A DNA stretch of 62,260 nucleotides from Paracoccaceae bacterium (GTDB lineage: Bacteria > Pseudomonadota > Alphaproteobacteria > Rhodobacterales > Rhodobacteraceae): NCBI GenBank assembly GCA_007126375.1, contig SLBI01000106.1, positions 1 through 62,260 of the forward strand, in the 5' to 3' direction. The notes below the pieces were generated by a model, which was given only the letters and a program-made list of their open reading frames with translations, was not told the DNA's origin and made no database searches. How positions within the stretch are numbered: the stretch's first letter is position 1; every line of letters begins with the position of its first letter. The position numbers were made by a program, and so were the translations under genes. This document shows, one piece after another, positions 49,254-60,807 of this stretch.

Positions 49254-51005
49254 ATGGTTCTCGACATTGACCGCGCAGGCGACATCGCCGTCCTGACCCT
49301 CGACAACCCGCCGGTGAACGCGCTGTCAACCGTCGTCCGGCGTGCGTTGATGGATGCCGCCGAGGCGGTAGATGCCGACCCGCAGGTCGCCGCCGCGGTG
49401 CTGGTCTGCGCCGGCCGCACCTTCGTCGCCGGCGCCGATGTCCGCGAGTTCGGCCGGCCGCCGGAGGAACCGCTGCTGCCCGCGGTGATCGGCCGGATCG
49501 AGCGCGCCGCAAAGCCCTGGGTGGCGGCAATCCATGGTCAGGCGCTGGGCGGCGGGCTCGAACTCGCACTCGGCTGCCGGTTCCGCATCGCCGTGCCCGG
49601 GGCGCGGTTCGGTCTGCCCGAGGTCAATCTCGGTATCATACCCGGCGCCGGCGGCACCGTCCGCACGCCACGCGCCATTGGCGCAGCCGCGGCGGCCGAC
49701 CTTGCCAGCTCCGGCCGCCCCGTCGATGCCGCGCGCGCGCTGCAACTCGGCCTGATCGACTCGCTGGCAGAGGGCGATCTGCGCACCGCCGCCATCGATT
49801 TCTTGCGCGTTGCGCTGTCTCGGCCGCTGCCGCCTCCGCTTTGCGACCGGCCGGTGGCGCCGCCGCCACCGGGTTTCTGGGCCGAGGCCGAGTCCCGTGT
49901 CGCCGCTGCGGCCGGTGGTGCCACGGCGCCCTGCCGCGCGTTGGCCTGCGTACAGCGCGCGACCGAACTGGGGTTCGCCGAGGCGCTGGCCTTCGAGCGC
50001 GAGACCTTCCTTGCCCTTCGCGACACCGATGAGGCCGCCGCGCTGCGCCGGGTCTTCTTCGCCGAGCGCGCCGCCCCGCGGCCGGCCGCGCTGAAGGGTA
50101 TCGTGCCGCGCCCCGTCGCCCGCGCCGGCCTGATCGGCGCCGGTCCTGCCGGTCGGGCACTCCTTGCTGCGCTGGCGCGTTCCGGCTTGTCGACGGTTCT
50201 GGTCGATGCCGACGCTGACGCACTCGAGGCCGCCCATGCCCCGCTCCGGCAGGGCGCTGCCGCCGCACGGGCCGATGTGGCGACGGGGATTGCAGCCCTT
50301 TCGACGGCGGATCTGGTGATCGCGACCGCAGAAGGCGAACCGGCGGCGCTGGCGCATGCGGCCGCGACCTGTGGACCGGCGACGATCCTCGCAAAGCTGG
50401 TGGATACCGCGGCCGAGGTCGCCGAACTCGACGGGCTTCCCGGCCCCGAGCGCTGCCTGGCAGTGCATCTGCCGGCGCCCTTGCCCTCAACGCGCCTCAT
50501 GGAGGTTCTGCCCTCTGCGGTCACTGCGCCCGAGGTTCTTGCGGCGAGCTTCGCCCTCGCGACGCGTCTGGCCCGCATTCCATTGCGCCCGGCAAGGGCC
50601 GGCGGCCCGATCACGCCACGCCTGCGCGCCGCTGCGCAGGCCGAGGCCGAGAGCCTGCTGCGCAGCGGTGTGCCCGCTCCCGCCCTGGCTGCCGCGCTGC
50701 GCGACTTCGGCGTGGCCCTGGCGCTGCTCGACACTCAAGCGAGCACGGACCTCGTCTGCACCCCCGATCCGGCCGAGCGTATCGCCGTCGCGCTGGCCGA
50801 GGCCGGCGCGGAACTGCTGGCGCAGGGTGCGGTGGCGGACCCGGTCGAGATCGACCTCGCGGCGATCCACGGCCTCGGCTTTCCGCGCTTTCGGGGCGGG
50901 CCACTGTTCTGGACCTGCCGCCATGGCGCTGACGTGCTGGCGGCGCGCATCGACAGGCCGGTTGCCCCTGCGTTGGCGGGTTTTCTGGAAACGGAAGGGA
51001 ATTAG
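49254..51005 (+). CDS. FadB-like enoyl-CoA hydratase fused to a degenerate 3-hydroxyacyl-CoA dehydrogenase region
   Basis: Intact NPPVNAL, GGGLELAL and GLPEV..GIIPGAGGT. Eroded GAGPAG Rossmann motif; C-terminal GLGFPRFRGGP. Confidence 0.8.
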   Translation: MVLDIDRAGDIAVLTLDNPPVNALSTVVRRALMDAAEAVDADPQVAAAVLVCAGRTFVAGADVREFGRPPEEPLLPAVIGRIERAAKPWVAAIHGQALGGGLELALGCRFRIAVPGARFGLPEVNLGIIPGAGGTVRTPRAIGAAAAADLASSGRPVDAARALQLGLIDSLAEGDLRTAAIDFLRVALSRPLPPPLCDRPVAPPPPGFWAEAESRVAAAAGGATAPCRALACVQRATELGFAEALAFERETFLALRDTDEAAALRRVFFAERAAPRPAALKGIVPRPVARAGLIGAGPAGRALLAALARSGLSTVLVDADADALEAAHAPLRQGAAAARADVATGIAALSTADLVIATAEGEPAALAHAAATCGPATILAKLVDTAAEVAELDGLPGPERCLAVHLPAPLPSTRLMEVLPSAVTAPEVLAASFALATRLARIPLRPARAGGPITPRLRAAAQAEAESLLRSGVPAPALAAALRDFGVALALLDTQASTDLVCTPDPAERIAVALAEAGAELLAQGAVADPVEIDLAAIHGLGFPRFRGGPLFWTCRHGADVLAARIDRPVAPALAGFLETEGN

Positions 51006-51027
51006 GCCCGGCCGTGCCGAAGCACCG

Positions 51028-51693
51028 TCAGCCGCCAGCGAAGGGTGCGGCGGAACCCCAGCGTTCGCGCACCCCGGCATCGCGGCCGCAGGACTCGCGG
51101 TACCGCTTGTAGGCCGTGGCCTTGGTCAGCGGGCCGAACCGGGTCAGCACGATGTCCGAAGATCGGTGATAGCCCTGATGATACGCCTCTGCCGGCCAGA
51201 AGGGCATGGCGTCGCGAATCGGCGTGACCACCTGCCGGCCCAACTCGGCGCTGGCGGCGGCGGCGGCACGTTCCGCGCTTGCTCTTTGCGCCGGACCATC
51301 GGCGAAGATCGCTGTCGTGTAATGTGCGCCGCGGTCGCAGAACTGACCGCCCGCGTCGAGCGGGTCGACCGAGCGGAAGAACAGGTGCAGGATCTGGTCG
51401 TAGCTGATCACGGAAGGATCGAACGCGATCTGTGCCGCCTCGAGATGGCCGGTTCCGCCGCGGGTTACCTGCCGATAGCTCGGGGCTTCCACGGACCCCC
51501 CGGTAAAGCCGACAGTCACCGAGCGCACCCCGTCCACACGGTGGAAATCCGCTTCGACACACCAGAAGCAGCCACCGGCGACAGTGGCGATTTCAATGGC
51601 GGGCTCGGCCCGAACCCCGTCACGCAGACCGTGGCCGGCGATGATACCGAGAACGAGAAGAACGAGCTTCAGCGTCTGCAGGGTTCGGGTCAT
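51028..51693 (-). CDS. msrA: Peptide-methionine (S)-S-oxide reductase with signal peptide
   Basis: AGGCFWC, GHLEA, GQFCDRG and AEAYHQ; start after CAGGAGG. Confidence 0.93.
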   Translation of the reverse strand: MTRTLQTLKLVLLVLGIIAGHGLRDGVRAEPAIEIATVAGGCFWCVEADFHRVDGVRSVTVGFTGGSVEAPSYRQVTRGGTGHLEAAQIAFDPSVISYDQILHLFFRSVDPLDAGGQFCDRGAHYTTAIFADGPAQRASAERAAAAASAELGRQVVTPIRDAMPFWPAEAYHQGYHRSSDIVLTRFGPLTKATAYKRYRESCGRDAGVRERWGSAAPFAGG

Positions 51694-51814
51694 GCGGGTC
51701 ACCTCCTGTCGTTCCAGGGTGCGGGGCATTGTCGCCATGGGCAAGTCACGCCGAGGTGAGGCACGCGGGGTTGAGAATTGTTTCAGCCAGCACGCGCCGG
51801 CGGATGGGCGGCGC

Positions 51815-51829
51815 TTAACCCTTCCTTAA
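51815..51829. promoter_or_regulatory. CtrA-type box TTAA-N7-TTAA
   Basis: TTAACCCTTCCTTAA in the msrA/lipoprotein divergent intergenic region. Confidence 0.6.
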
Positions 51830-51872
51830 ACAGTTCCGCGCGACCTGTTGGGCTACACGCCGGCCCGGAACG

Positions 51873-52166
51873 ATGCGACGAACCGCTTGCCCCCTGATGC
51901 TTCTCGCGCTTGCCGGCTGCGCCTCGGCCTCGCCCGAATACATCGGCCTCGAGCCCCGCCGCATGGTGATCGAAGGCACGGAGATCCGGGTCTGGCAGCG
52001 GGGCGACCGGGCGCAGGCGATCCGGATGGGATGGATCGCCCGCGGTGAGCATGGCGTGGCGATGGCGCGGATGGTCCAGGCCATCGAGGCGGTCACCGGC
52101 TGCGACGTCCGCCAGGACTTCATCGCCGGCGACAGCGGCGTTCTGAACGCGCGGCTGGAGTGCTGA
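51873..52166 (+). CDS. Small lipoprotein, unknown function
   Basis: Basic N-terminus, hydrophobic stretch and lipobox LAGC; GCDV...GDS C-terminus. Confidence 0.75.
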   Translation: MRRTACPLMLLALAGCASASPEYIGLEPRRMVIEGTEIRVWQRGDRAQAIRMGWIARGEHGVAMARMVQAIEAVTGCDVRQDFIAGDSGVLNARLEC

Positions 52167-52176
52167 CCCGAGCCGG

Positions 52177-52452
52177 TCAGCCGCTGCCGCGCACCGCCTC
52201 GGGATGCTCGGCGATGAAATGCCGCAGCGTCGCGAACAACGCGCGCGCGTGGGCGACGTCGTCCTTGTGCAGCGCGTCTCGGATGTCCTCGCAGATCATC
52301 GCCTGCACCTGCTGCGGGCCCCTGTGCAGATGCATCAGATACTCGCCCAGTGCCGAGGCGTTCACCTCCGGCAGGTGCTCGTGCTCGGCGATGGCGGCGA
52401 TCTCCTCGCGAGTAAGGCAGGTCATGTCCTCGATGTCGTCCAGGCTGATCAT
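52177..52452 (-). CDS. Hypothetical protein (His/acidic-rich)
   Basis: MISLDDIEDMTCLTREEIAAIAEHEH; RBS GGGAGG; protein-like composition. Confidence 0.75.
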   Translation of the reverse strand: MISLDDIEDMTCLTREEIAAIAEHEHLPEVNASALGEYLMHLHRGPQQVQAMICEDIRDALHKDDVAHARALFATLRHFIAEHPEAVRGSG

Positions 52453-52593
52453 CCCCGTGCCTCCCCTGCGGTCCTGTGACGATGGCATGAAACCATCCTG
52501 CCGGCGATGTGCGCGGAACGGGTTGCGCCAGATCAAGGCGCTCCGTACCGCCCGGCGCCAAACCCGTGGGGCAATGCGTCAGCGGAGGACAGC

Positions 52594-52770
52594 ATGACCC
52601 GCCTAGCCCTCGTAATCTTCTCGATTGCCTCGGTCACCTTCATGGGCATGGCCATAGTGGTCGCTCTCGTGATCGGACAGGACACTCTGGTGCCGATCGT
52701 CACCGCTGCGGCCATCGGCCTCGTGCTGTCGCTGCCGGCCAGTTGGCTGGTGGCCCGGCAGATCGCCTGA
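52594..52770 (+). CDS. Small two-TM membrane protein (58 aa)
   Basis: GGAGG RBS; two hydrophobic helices. Confidence 0.72.
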   Translation: MTRLALVIFSIASVTFMGMAIVVALVIGQDTLVPIVTAAAIGLVLSLPASWLVARQIA

Positions 52771-52801
52771 CGGCCGACCGCCCCGCAACGGCGGAGCTGG
52801 C

Positions 52802-53692
52802 TCAATCGGAGGCGAGCACAGCGGCGCATTCGGCGGGCAAGTCGCTCATGCCATAGTCGCGCGGATGCCGGGGGCGTGGTTGGCGCGGAACCTGCGGCAC
52901 GGGTTTCGGTGGATCGAGATAGTCCGTCACCCACCACGTAAGGGTCTCGTCGCAGCCGTTGCCGCCACCGGATAGCTCCGCCACCGTCGGCGTCTGGGTC
53001 TGGCAGTGCCGCGCTCCGCGCGGGCATTTCAGGCGGACGTGGAAGTGATAGTTGTGTCCGTGCATCGGCCGGATCTTCTGCAGCCAAGGGGTATCGGCGC
53101 TTCTGGCGGTGCGGCACATCTCGATCTTCACCGCGGCTGCGACAAAGATCCTGTCGACCCGCAGATCAGAGGCGGCGGCACGCAGCAGCGCGTGATGTCC
53201 GGCGGTCCAGTTGGCGTTGACACCGCGCTGGTCCTCGGTGCGAACCGAAATGGAACTCAGGGTCTCACGCTCACGGCGGGTCAGGTTCAGGCGCGCCGGT
53301 GGCAGCATCCAGATGTCGGCATCGAGACCGATCTGGTGGCTGGTGTGTCCCGACGTCATCGGCCCGCCGCGGGGCTGGCTGATGTCACCGATGTAGAGCC
53401 CGCGCCAGCCTATCCGCACCGCCTCGCGGCTGAGATCCTGCAGATAGGCGATGGTGACGGGATGGCCCCAGTTACGGTTGCGCGACAGCCGCATCGCCTG
53501 CCATGTCGGTCCGGTCTCGGGCAGTGGCACGAGGCCCGCGGCACAGCCCTTGGCGTAGGACCCGATGGGCTGCGGCGGCTGCGCACTGCCGGCCGTCTTG
53601 GCGCCGAAGAGCCGCGCCGCCGTCGGCTCGGCTGCACCGGGCAGGGCGCCGGCCAGGCTTAGGGCGAGCGCGGCGAGGACTGTGCGGACCAT
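52802..53692 (-). CDS. mepA: Penicillin-insensitive murein endopeptidase
   Basis: Signal peptide, GSYAKGC, RNRNWGHP, GDISQPRGG..GHTSHQIGLDADIW and HFHVRLKCP. Confidence 0.93.
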   Translation of the reverse strand: MVRTVLAALALSLAGALPGAAEPTAARLFGAKTAGSAQPPQPIGSYAKGCAAGLVPLPETGPTWQAMRLSRNRNWGHPVTIAYLQDLSREAVRIGWRGLYIGDISQPRGGPMTSGHTSHQIGLDADIWMLPPARLNLTRRERETLSSISVRTEDQRGVNANWTAGHHALLRAAASDLRVDRIFVAAAVKIEMCRTARSADTPWLQKIRPMHGHNYHFHVRLKCPRGARHCQTQTPTVAELSGGGNGCDETLTWWVTDYLDPPKPVPQVPRQPRPRHPRDYGMSDLPAECAAVLASD

Positions 53693-55026
53693 GACACCTC
53701 CGTCTCTCCTTCCGGTTTCACGAAGACGAGCAGCACAAGGCCGATCAGGAACAGACCGATCAGCGGCGTGACCCCGAGGCGCTGGCTGTCGGTGAACTGG
53801 GTGGCCAGCGCCACGAGGCCCGGCGCGAGGAAGGCCGTGACCTTGCCCGACAGCGCATAGAGGCCGAAACCCTCGGTCATGCGCGCCGGGTTGGCCTGGC
53901 GAACGAGCATGGTGCGCGAGGCGGCCTGCAGCACGCCCCCCGCCGCGCCGATCGCCGCGCCGCAAAGGTAGAATGCGATGTCGGGTGCCGAGGAGCCTTC
54001 GGACAGGGGCATGCCCATCAGCATGCTCCTGTCGGTGGTGACGATGACGCCGCAAACTGCGATCAGGGCGAGAATGGCCACCGCGATTACCGGCTTCGGC
54101 CCGTAGGCGCTGTCGGCCTTGCCGCCCAGCCAGCAGGCAAGGGCGCCCACCACCGCCGCGACGATGCCGAAGACGCCGATCTGTGTGACCGACCAGCCCA
54201 GCACCCCCGCGGCATATATGCCGCCGAAGGCATAGATGCCGTTCAGTGCGTCGCGGTAGAACATCGACGAGCCGAGATAGGCAAAGAGGCTGGGGTGTCG
54301 TGGCAGGCCACGCAGCGTGGCGGCGATCTGCGCGAGGCCTCGGCGCAACGCACCCGCGGCGGGGCGCGGGCGCCGGTGTTCGGGGATGAAAAGGAACAGC
54401 GGCAGCGCGAAGACCACATACCAGAGCGCAGAGAAAGGGCCGACCGCGCGGGTGCCCTCGCGCATCTCCGGATCGAGACCGAACGCCGGCAACAGGCCCG
54501 CCAGCGTCCGGCCGTTGTCGGTCTCGGCAAAAAACACCAGCATCAGCGCCAGCGCCACGACGCCCCCGGCATAGCCCAGCGCCCAACCGGTGCCCGAAAT
54601 GCGGCCCAGTTCCTCGCGCGCGCCAAGCCCGGGCAGCAGCGCATTGGTGAAGACGATGCCGAACTCCAGCCCGATCATCCCGACAGCGAAGGCCAGCAGG
54701 ATCGGCCAGACCGCCCCGGCCTCCGGCACGGCCCACCACAGGGCGAAGCTGCCTGCCACATAAAGCACCGACCACAGCACGAGCCACGGCCGCCAGCGTC
54801 CGGCAGAATCGGCGATGGCGCCGAGGATCGGCGCAAGCAGTGCGATGGAGACGCCGGTGACCGCGAGCATCCAGCCCCAGAGCTTCTGCCCCGTCACCGG
54901 GTCGGGCGCGACCGAGGCGGCGAAATAGGGTGCGAAGATGAAGGTCAGCAGGAGTGTGTTGTAGGGCTGGTTGGCCCAGTCGAACATGTACCAGGCTCGA
55001 ATCTGCTGCCTGCGCGTGCGCTGCAT
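53659..55026 (-). CDS. MFS transporter (UMF1/ATG22-like)
   Basis: WYMFDWANQPY, PILGAIAD, GWALGYAGG, QAASRT and FGLYALSGK. Confidence 0.9.
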   Translation of the reverse strand: MQRTRRQQIRAWYMFDWANQPYNTLLLTFIFAPYFAASVAPDPVTGQKLWGWMLAVTGVSIALLAPILGAIADSAGRWRPWLVLWSVLYVAGSFALWWAVPEAGAVWPILLAFAVGMIGLEFGIVFTNALLPGLGAREELGRISGTGWALGYAGGVVALALMLVFFAETDNGRTLAGLLPAFGLDPEMREGTRAVGPFSALWYVVFALPLFLFIPEHRRPRPAAGALRRGLAQIAATLRGLPRHPSLFAYLGSSMFYRDALNGIYAFGGIYAAGVLGWSVTQIGVFGIVAAVVGALACWLGGKADSAYGPKPVIAVAILALIAVCGVIVTTDRSMLMGMPLSEGSSAPDIAFYLCGAAIGAAGGVLQAASRTMLVRQANPARMTEGFGLYALSGKVTAFLAPGLVALATQFTDSQRLGVTPLIGLFLIGLVLLVFVKPEGETEVSWSAQSSPRSP

Positions 55027-55105
55027 CGTCTCGACCCCGCCTGCCGCTGCCGTTGCGCATAAGACCCGGGTGCGGGGCGACGCACAAGCGCCTTGTCGCG
55101 CGGCG

Positions 55106-55500
55106 TCAGGCGTCTTCCGCCGTCCGGGCGAGATCGCGCAGGATCGGACAGTCCGGCCTCGAGTCGCCGGCACAGCTCGAGACCAGTTCGGTCAGCGTCT
55201 CGCGCATCGCCTCCAGTGCCGCGATCTTGGCGTCGATCCGGCCCAGATGCTCCTGCGCGACGCGCTTCACATCGGCCGAGGCGCGGCCCGGATCGGCATA
55301 GAGCGCCAGCAGCGTGCGGCAATCCTCGATGGTGAAGCCCAGTGCGCGGGCGCGGCCGAGAAAGGCCAGGCGGTGCAGGTCCGCCTCGCAAAAGGCGCGA
55401 TAGCCGTTGGGATCGCGCCGCGGCGCGACGAGCCCGATCTCCTCGTAGTAGCGGATGGTCTTGGCCGGAAGGCCCGAGCGCTCTGCTACCTCGCCGATGT

Positions 55501-55504
<4 letters not shown>
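55106..55504 (-). CDS. cueR: Cu(I)-responsive MerR regulator
   Basis: MNIGEVA...KTIRYYE and C-terminal [12 protein letters not shown]; ATGA-coupled to copA. Confidence 0.93.
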
Positions 55505-58014
<2,510 letters not shown>

Positions 58015-58035
58015 TGCAGAGCCCCCGTTTCGCCG

Positions 58036-58066
58036 GAGATAGGGCTTCCTGCGGCTGGAAGGTCAA
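58036..58066 (-). promoter_or_regulatory. CueR-regulated copA promoter
   Basis: Minus strand TTGACC-19 bp-TATCTC with ACCTTCC-N7-GGAAG dyad; 19-bp spacer typical of MerR promoters. Confidence 0.88.
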
Positions 58067-58095
58067 GGCCCGCATCGGGGCCCCCGCAGCATTTT

Positions 58096-59079
58096 TCAGG
58101 CCGCTGCCGCCGGGGAGCCGGTTGGAACATGCTTCGCCCGACGGAGCAGTCGCGCCTCGGCCATTCCCAGCAGTGGCCGCGCCGGCGTCGCCGGCCCGAT
58201 GGCCGCCAGCGCTGCCGCCAGCCCGTCGAAGCCAGAGGTCAGTCGCGATCCGGGCAGCAGACTCTCGGTGGCGCAGCCCTCGGCCTCGAGCAGTTCGTGC
58301 CGATCGAGCAACACATGCAGATAGGTTACCTGTGGCATCGGCCGGCGCCGGACCCCGGCACCGCCCATCAGCGCCGCCGCCGGAACCAGCACTTCTGCCG
58401 CACCGAACAGCAACTCGGCCAGCCCGCTGCGGACAAGCAGCCGGTGCTGCGGCGAGACGAAGAGCGGGCGCCGTGCACCGAGGCAGCCGGCAGCGATCTC
58501 CACCGGTGCGAGCACGCCCCGGCCCGTGACCGTGCGCCGGCCGATCCAGCGGATCGGTCGCGCGCCATGGTCCCGTGTCAGCACGGGATCCCCGGGGCGC
58601 AGCGTCTCCACCGCCCGTTCACCTTCGGGCGTGGCAATCCGCGTGCCGGCGACGAAGCAGGGAACCACCGTGGGAAACCTGTCAAAGGACAGTGTCTCGT
58701 TGCGCGCAGGGTGCCGCCCGGGACCGAACCGCACCGCGCCGCTCTCGTCCGGTTCGAGGCCGCCCACGCTGATGACGAGGGGCTCTGCGGTGAAGATCTG
58801 ATGCCCCGATGACGAGGCGCGCCCCTGGAACTGATCGTTCTGGGGATTCAGCCCGGAGTAGAGCAGGGTCTCGTCGGCATCATACACATCCACCTGCTGG
58901 CCGTTGCGGAAGCCATCCGTGCCACCGGTCTGCCGCACGACGACGCGAAACCACTCATCGGCACTGCCGAGAGGGGTCACGCCCGACAGCGTCACCTGCG
59001 TGCCATTGGCATTGCCGCCGGAGGTCAGGCCGGAATAGCTCGCGATCTGCGAGCCGTTCAGGAACAGCGTCTTCTGCAC
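58096..59079 (-). CDS. Hint (bacterial intein-like) domain protein
   Basis: PCFVAGTRIATPEG, VSPQHRLL and VTYLHVLLDRHE....EG..TES; GTG start after GGGAAAGG. Confidence 0.88.
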   Translation of the reverse strand: MQKTLFLNGSQIASYSGLTSGGNANGTQVTLSGVTPLGSADEWFRVVVRQTGGTDGFRNGQQVDVYDADETLLYSGLNPQNDQFQGRASSSGHQIFTAEPLVISVGGLEPDESGAVRFGPGRHPARNETLSFDRFPTVVPCFVAGTRIATPEGERAVETLRPGDPVLTRDHGARPIRWIGRRTVTGRGVLAPVEIAAGCLGARRPLFVSPQHRLLVRSGLAELLFGAAEVLVPAAALMGGAGVRRRPMPQVTYLHVLLDRHELLEAEGCATESLLPGSRLTSGFDGLAAALAAIGPATPARPLLGMAEARLLRRAKHVPTGSPAAAA

Positions 59080-59203
59080 GGCATTGCCTTTCCCGTCCGC
59101 GTCCGGCCCGGTATGACCGAGAGCGGTTCAGAAAGGGTGACCTGCCGGCAATCGCTGCGATGCGCGGCGCGCTGCCCGAAGGGCGGGCCTCCCGGCGCCC
59201 GAT

Positions 59204-60577
59204 TCAGCCCAGTCCGGCCTCGGCGGCCACCGCCGGCAGGGCGCGATGAAACGCATCAACGATGGCGTCGGCATCGGCCTCGGTGGCGATCAGCGGCGGA
59301 CAGACCGCGACCGAATCGCCCAGCGGTCGCACGATGACCCCCTCGGCCATCATGCGTGCCCCGGCCAGGGCGCCGAGCGCCCCGGGCTTGCCGTGCGGAG
59401 CCTTGGTCGCGCGGTCGGCCACCATCTCGACTGCACCGATCATGCCGATCCCGCGCACCTCGCCGACGATCGGCAGCGCTGCCAGTTCGCGAAGCCGGCG
59501 CTGCAGATGCGCGCCAACGCGGGCGGCATTGCCCACCAGATCGCGTTCCTCGATGATGGCGAGGTTTTCCAGCGCCACCGCCGCGGCGACCGGATGGCCG
59601 CTGGTGGTGAAGCCATGGCCGAAGGTGCCGATCCGATGCGTCTCGTCAGCGATCGGCTGGAAGATGCGGTCGTTCATCAGGATCGCCGCCATCGGCAGAT
59701 AGGAAGATGTCATCTGCTTCGAGACCACCATGATGTCGGGTTCGATCGCCATGGTCTCGCAGCCGAATAGCTTGCCGGTCCTGCCGAAGCCGCAGATCAC
59801 CTCGTCGGCCACCAGCGGGATGTCATGCGCGCGCAGCACCGCCTGCACCTTGGCCCAATAGCTCGCCGGCGGCACGATCACGCCGCCCGCGCCCATAACC
59901 GGCTCGCCGATGAAGGCGGCGATGGTCTCGGGGCCCTCGCGGCGGATCGTATCGTCAAGCTCGGCCGCGAGGCGGCTGGCGAAGTCGTCCTCGCTTTCCC
60001 CCTCATGGGCCTCGCGCCAGAAATGCGGGCAGCCGACATGGAGGATGCCCTGGATCGGCAGATCGAAACTCATGTGATTGTAAGGCAGGCCGGTCAGGCT
60101 GCCCGAGGCGATGGTGATGCCGTGATAGCCGCGCTTGCGGCTGATGATCTTCTTGCGCTGCGGCTCGCCCATGGCGTTGGCGCGATACCACAACATCTTC
60201 ATCACGGTGTCGTTCGCCTCGGAACCCGAGTTGGTGAAGAACACCTTGCTCATCGGCACCGGCGCAAGCTGGATCAGCTTTTCCGCAAGGTCGATCACCG
60301 GCCCGTGCGAGCGATGCGCGAAGCTGGGGCTGTAGGGCAGCTTGCGCATCTGCGCTGCGGCCGCCTGCACCAGCCGCTCTTCCGAAAAGCCCACGGCAAC
60401 CGACCATAGCCCGGCCAGCCCCTCGATATAGCGGTTGCCGGCGCCGTCGTAGACGTGGATGCCCTCGCCGCGTTCGATCACCAGCGGACCCTGCTCCTGA
60501 TGCCGGCGGGCGTCGGTGTAGGGATGGAAGTGATACTCGATGTCCCGGGCCTCGGGCGAGTTCGGCAGCGTGTCCAT
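59204..60577 (-). CDS. Class III PLP-dependent (omega-amino acid) aminotransferase
   Basis: AGLWS, SGSEAND, YHG, EPVMGAGG, DEVICGFGRTG, SK and HGFTTSGHP. Confidence 0.94.
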   Translation of the reverse strand: MDTLPNSPEARDIEYHFHPYTDARRHQEQGPLVIERGEGIHVYDGAGNRYIEGLAGLWSVAVGFSEERLVQAAAAQMRKLPYSPSFAHRSHGPVIDLAEKLIQLAPVPMSKVFFTNSGSEANDTVMKMLWYRANAMGEPQRKKIISRKRGYHGITIASGSLTGLPYNHMSFDLPIQGILHVGCPHFWREAHEGESEDDFASRLAAELDDTIRREGPETIAAFIGEPVMGAGGVIVPPASYWAKVQAVLRAHDIPLVADEVICGFGRTGKLFGCETMAIEPDIMVVSKQMTSSYLPMAAILMNDRIFQPIADETHRIGTFGHGFTTSGHPVAAAVALENLAIIEERDLVGNAARVGAHLQRRLRELAALPIVGEVRGIGMIGAVEMVADRATKAPHGKPGALGALAGARMMAEGVIVRPLGDSVAVCPPLIATEADADAIVDAFHRALPAVAAEAGLG

Positions 60578-60681
60578 GGTGATCCCCCCGTGATGGGTGC
60601 GGCGCCGGTCGCCGGCGGCATTGCCCATCCCTGCGGCCAATGCGTCGCGGCGTCAAGGCGGCGCCGGGCGGCGCGGTGATC

Positions 60682-60718
60682 TTCACCAATGGTTAACGCC
60701 TCCGTCACGGAGGCGTTA
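60682..60718. promoter_or_regulatory. CtrA-like box overlapping a 12-bp perfect inverted repeat
   Basis: TTCA-N7-TTAAC at 60682-60697; TAACGCCTCCGT-C-ACGGAGGCGTTA at 60694-60718. Confidence 0.55.
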
Positions 60719-60807
60719 CACGGCAGGGCAAGACAGGAGGCCCATCCGACGGCGTCCGGCTGTGTCCTGTGGTCGAGGCCGTCGGGAAACCACGACAAGG
60801 AGATGCC

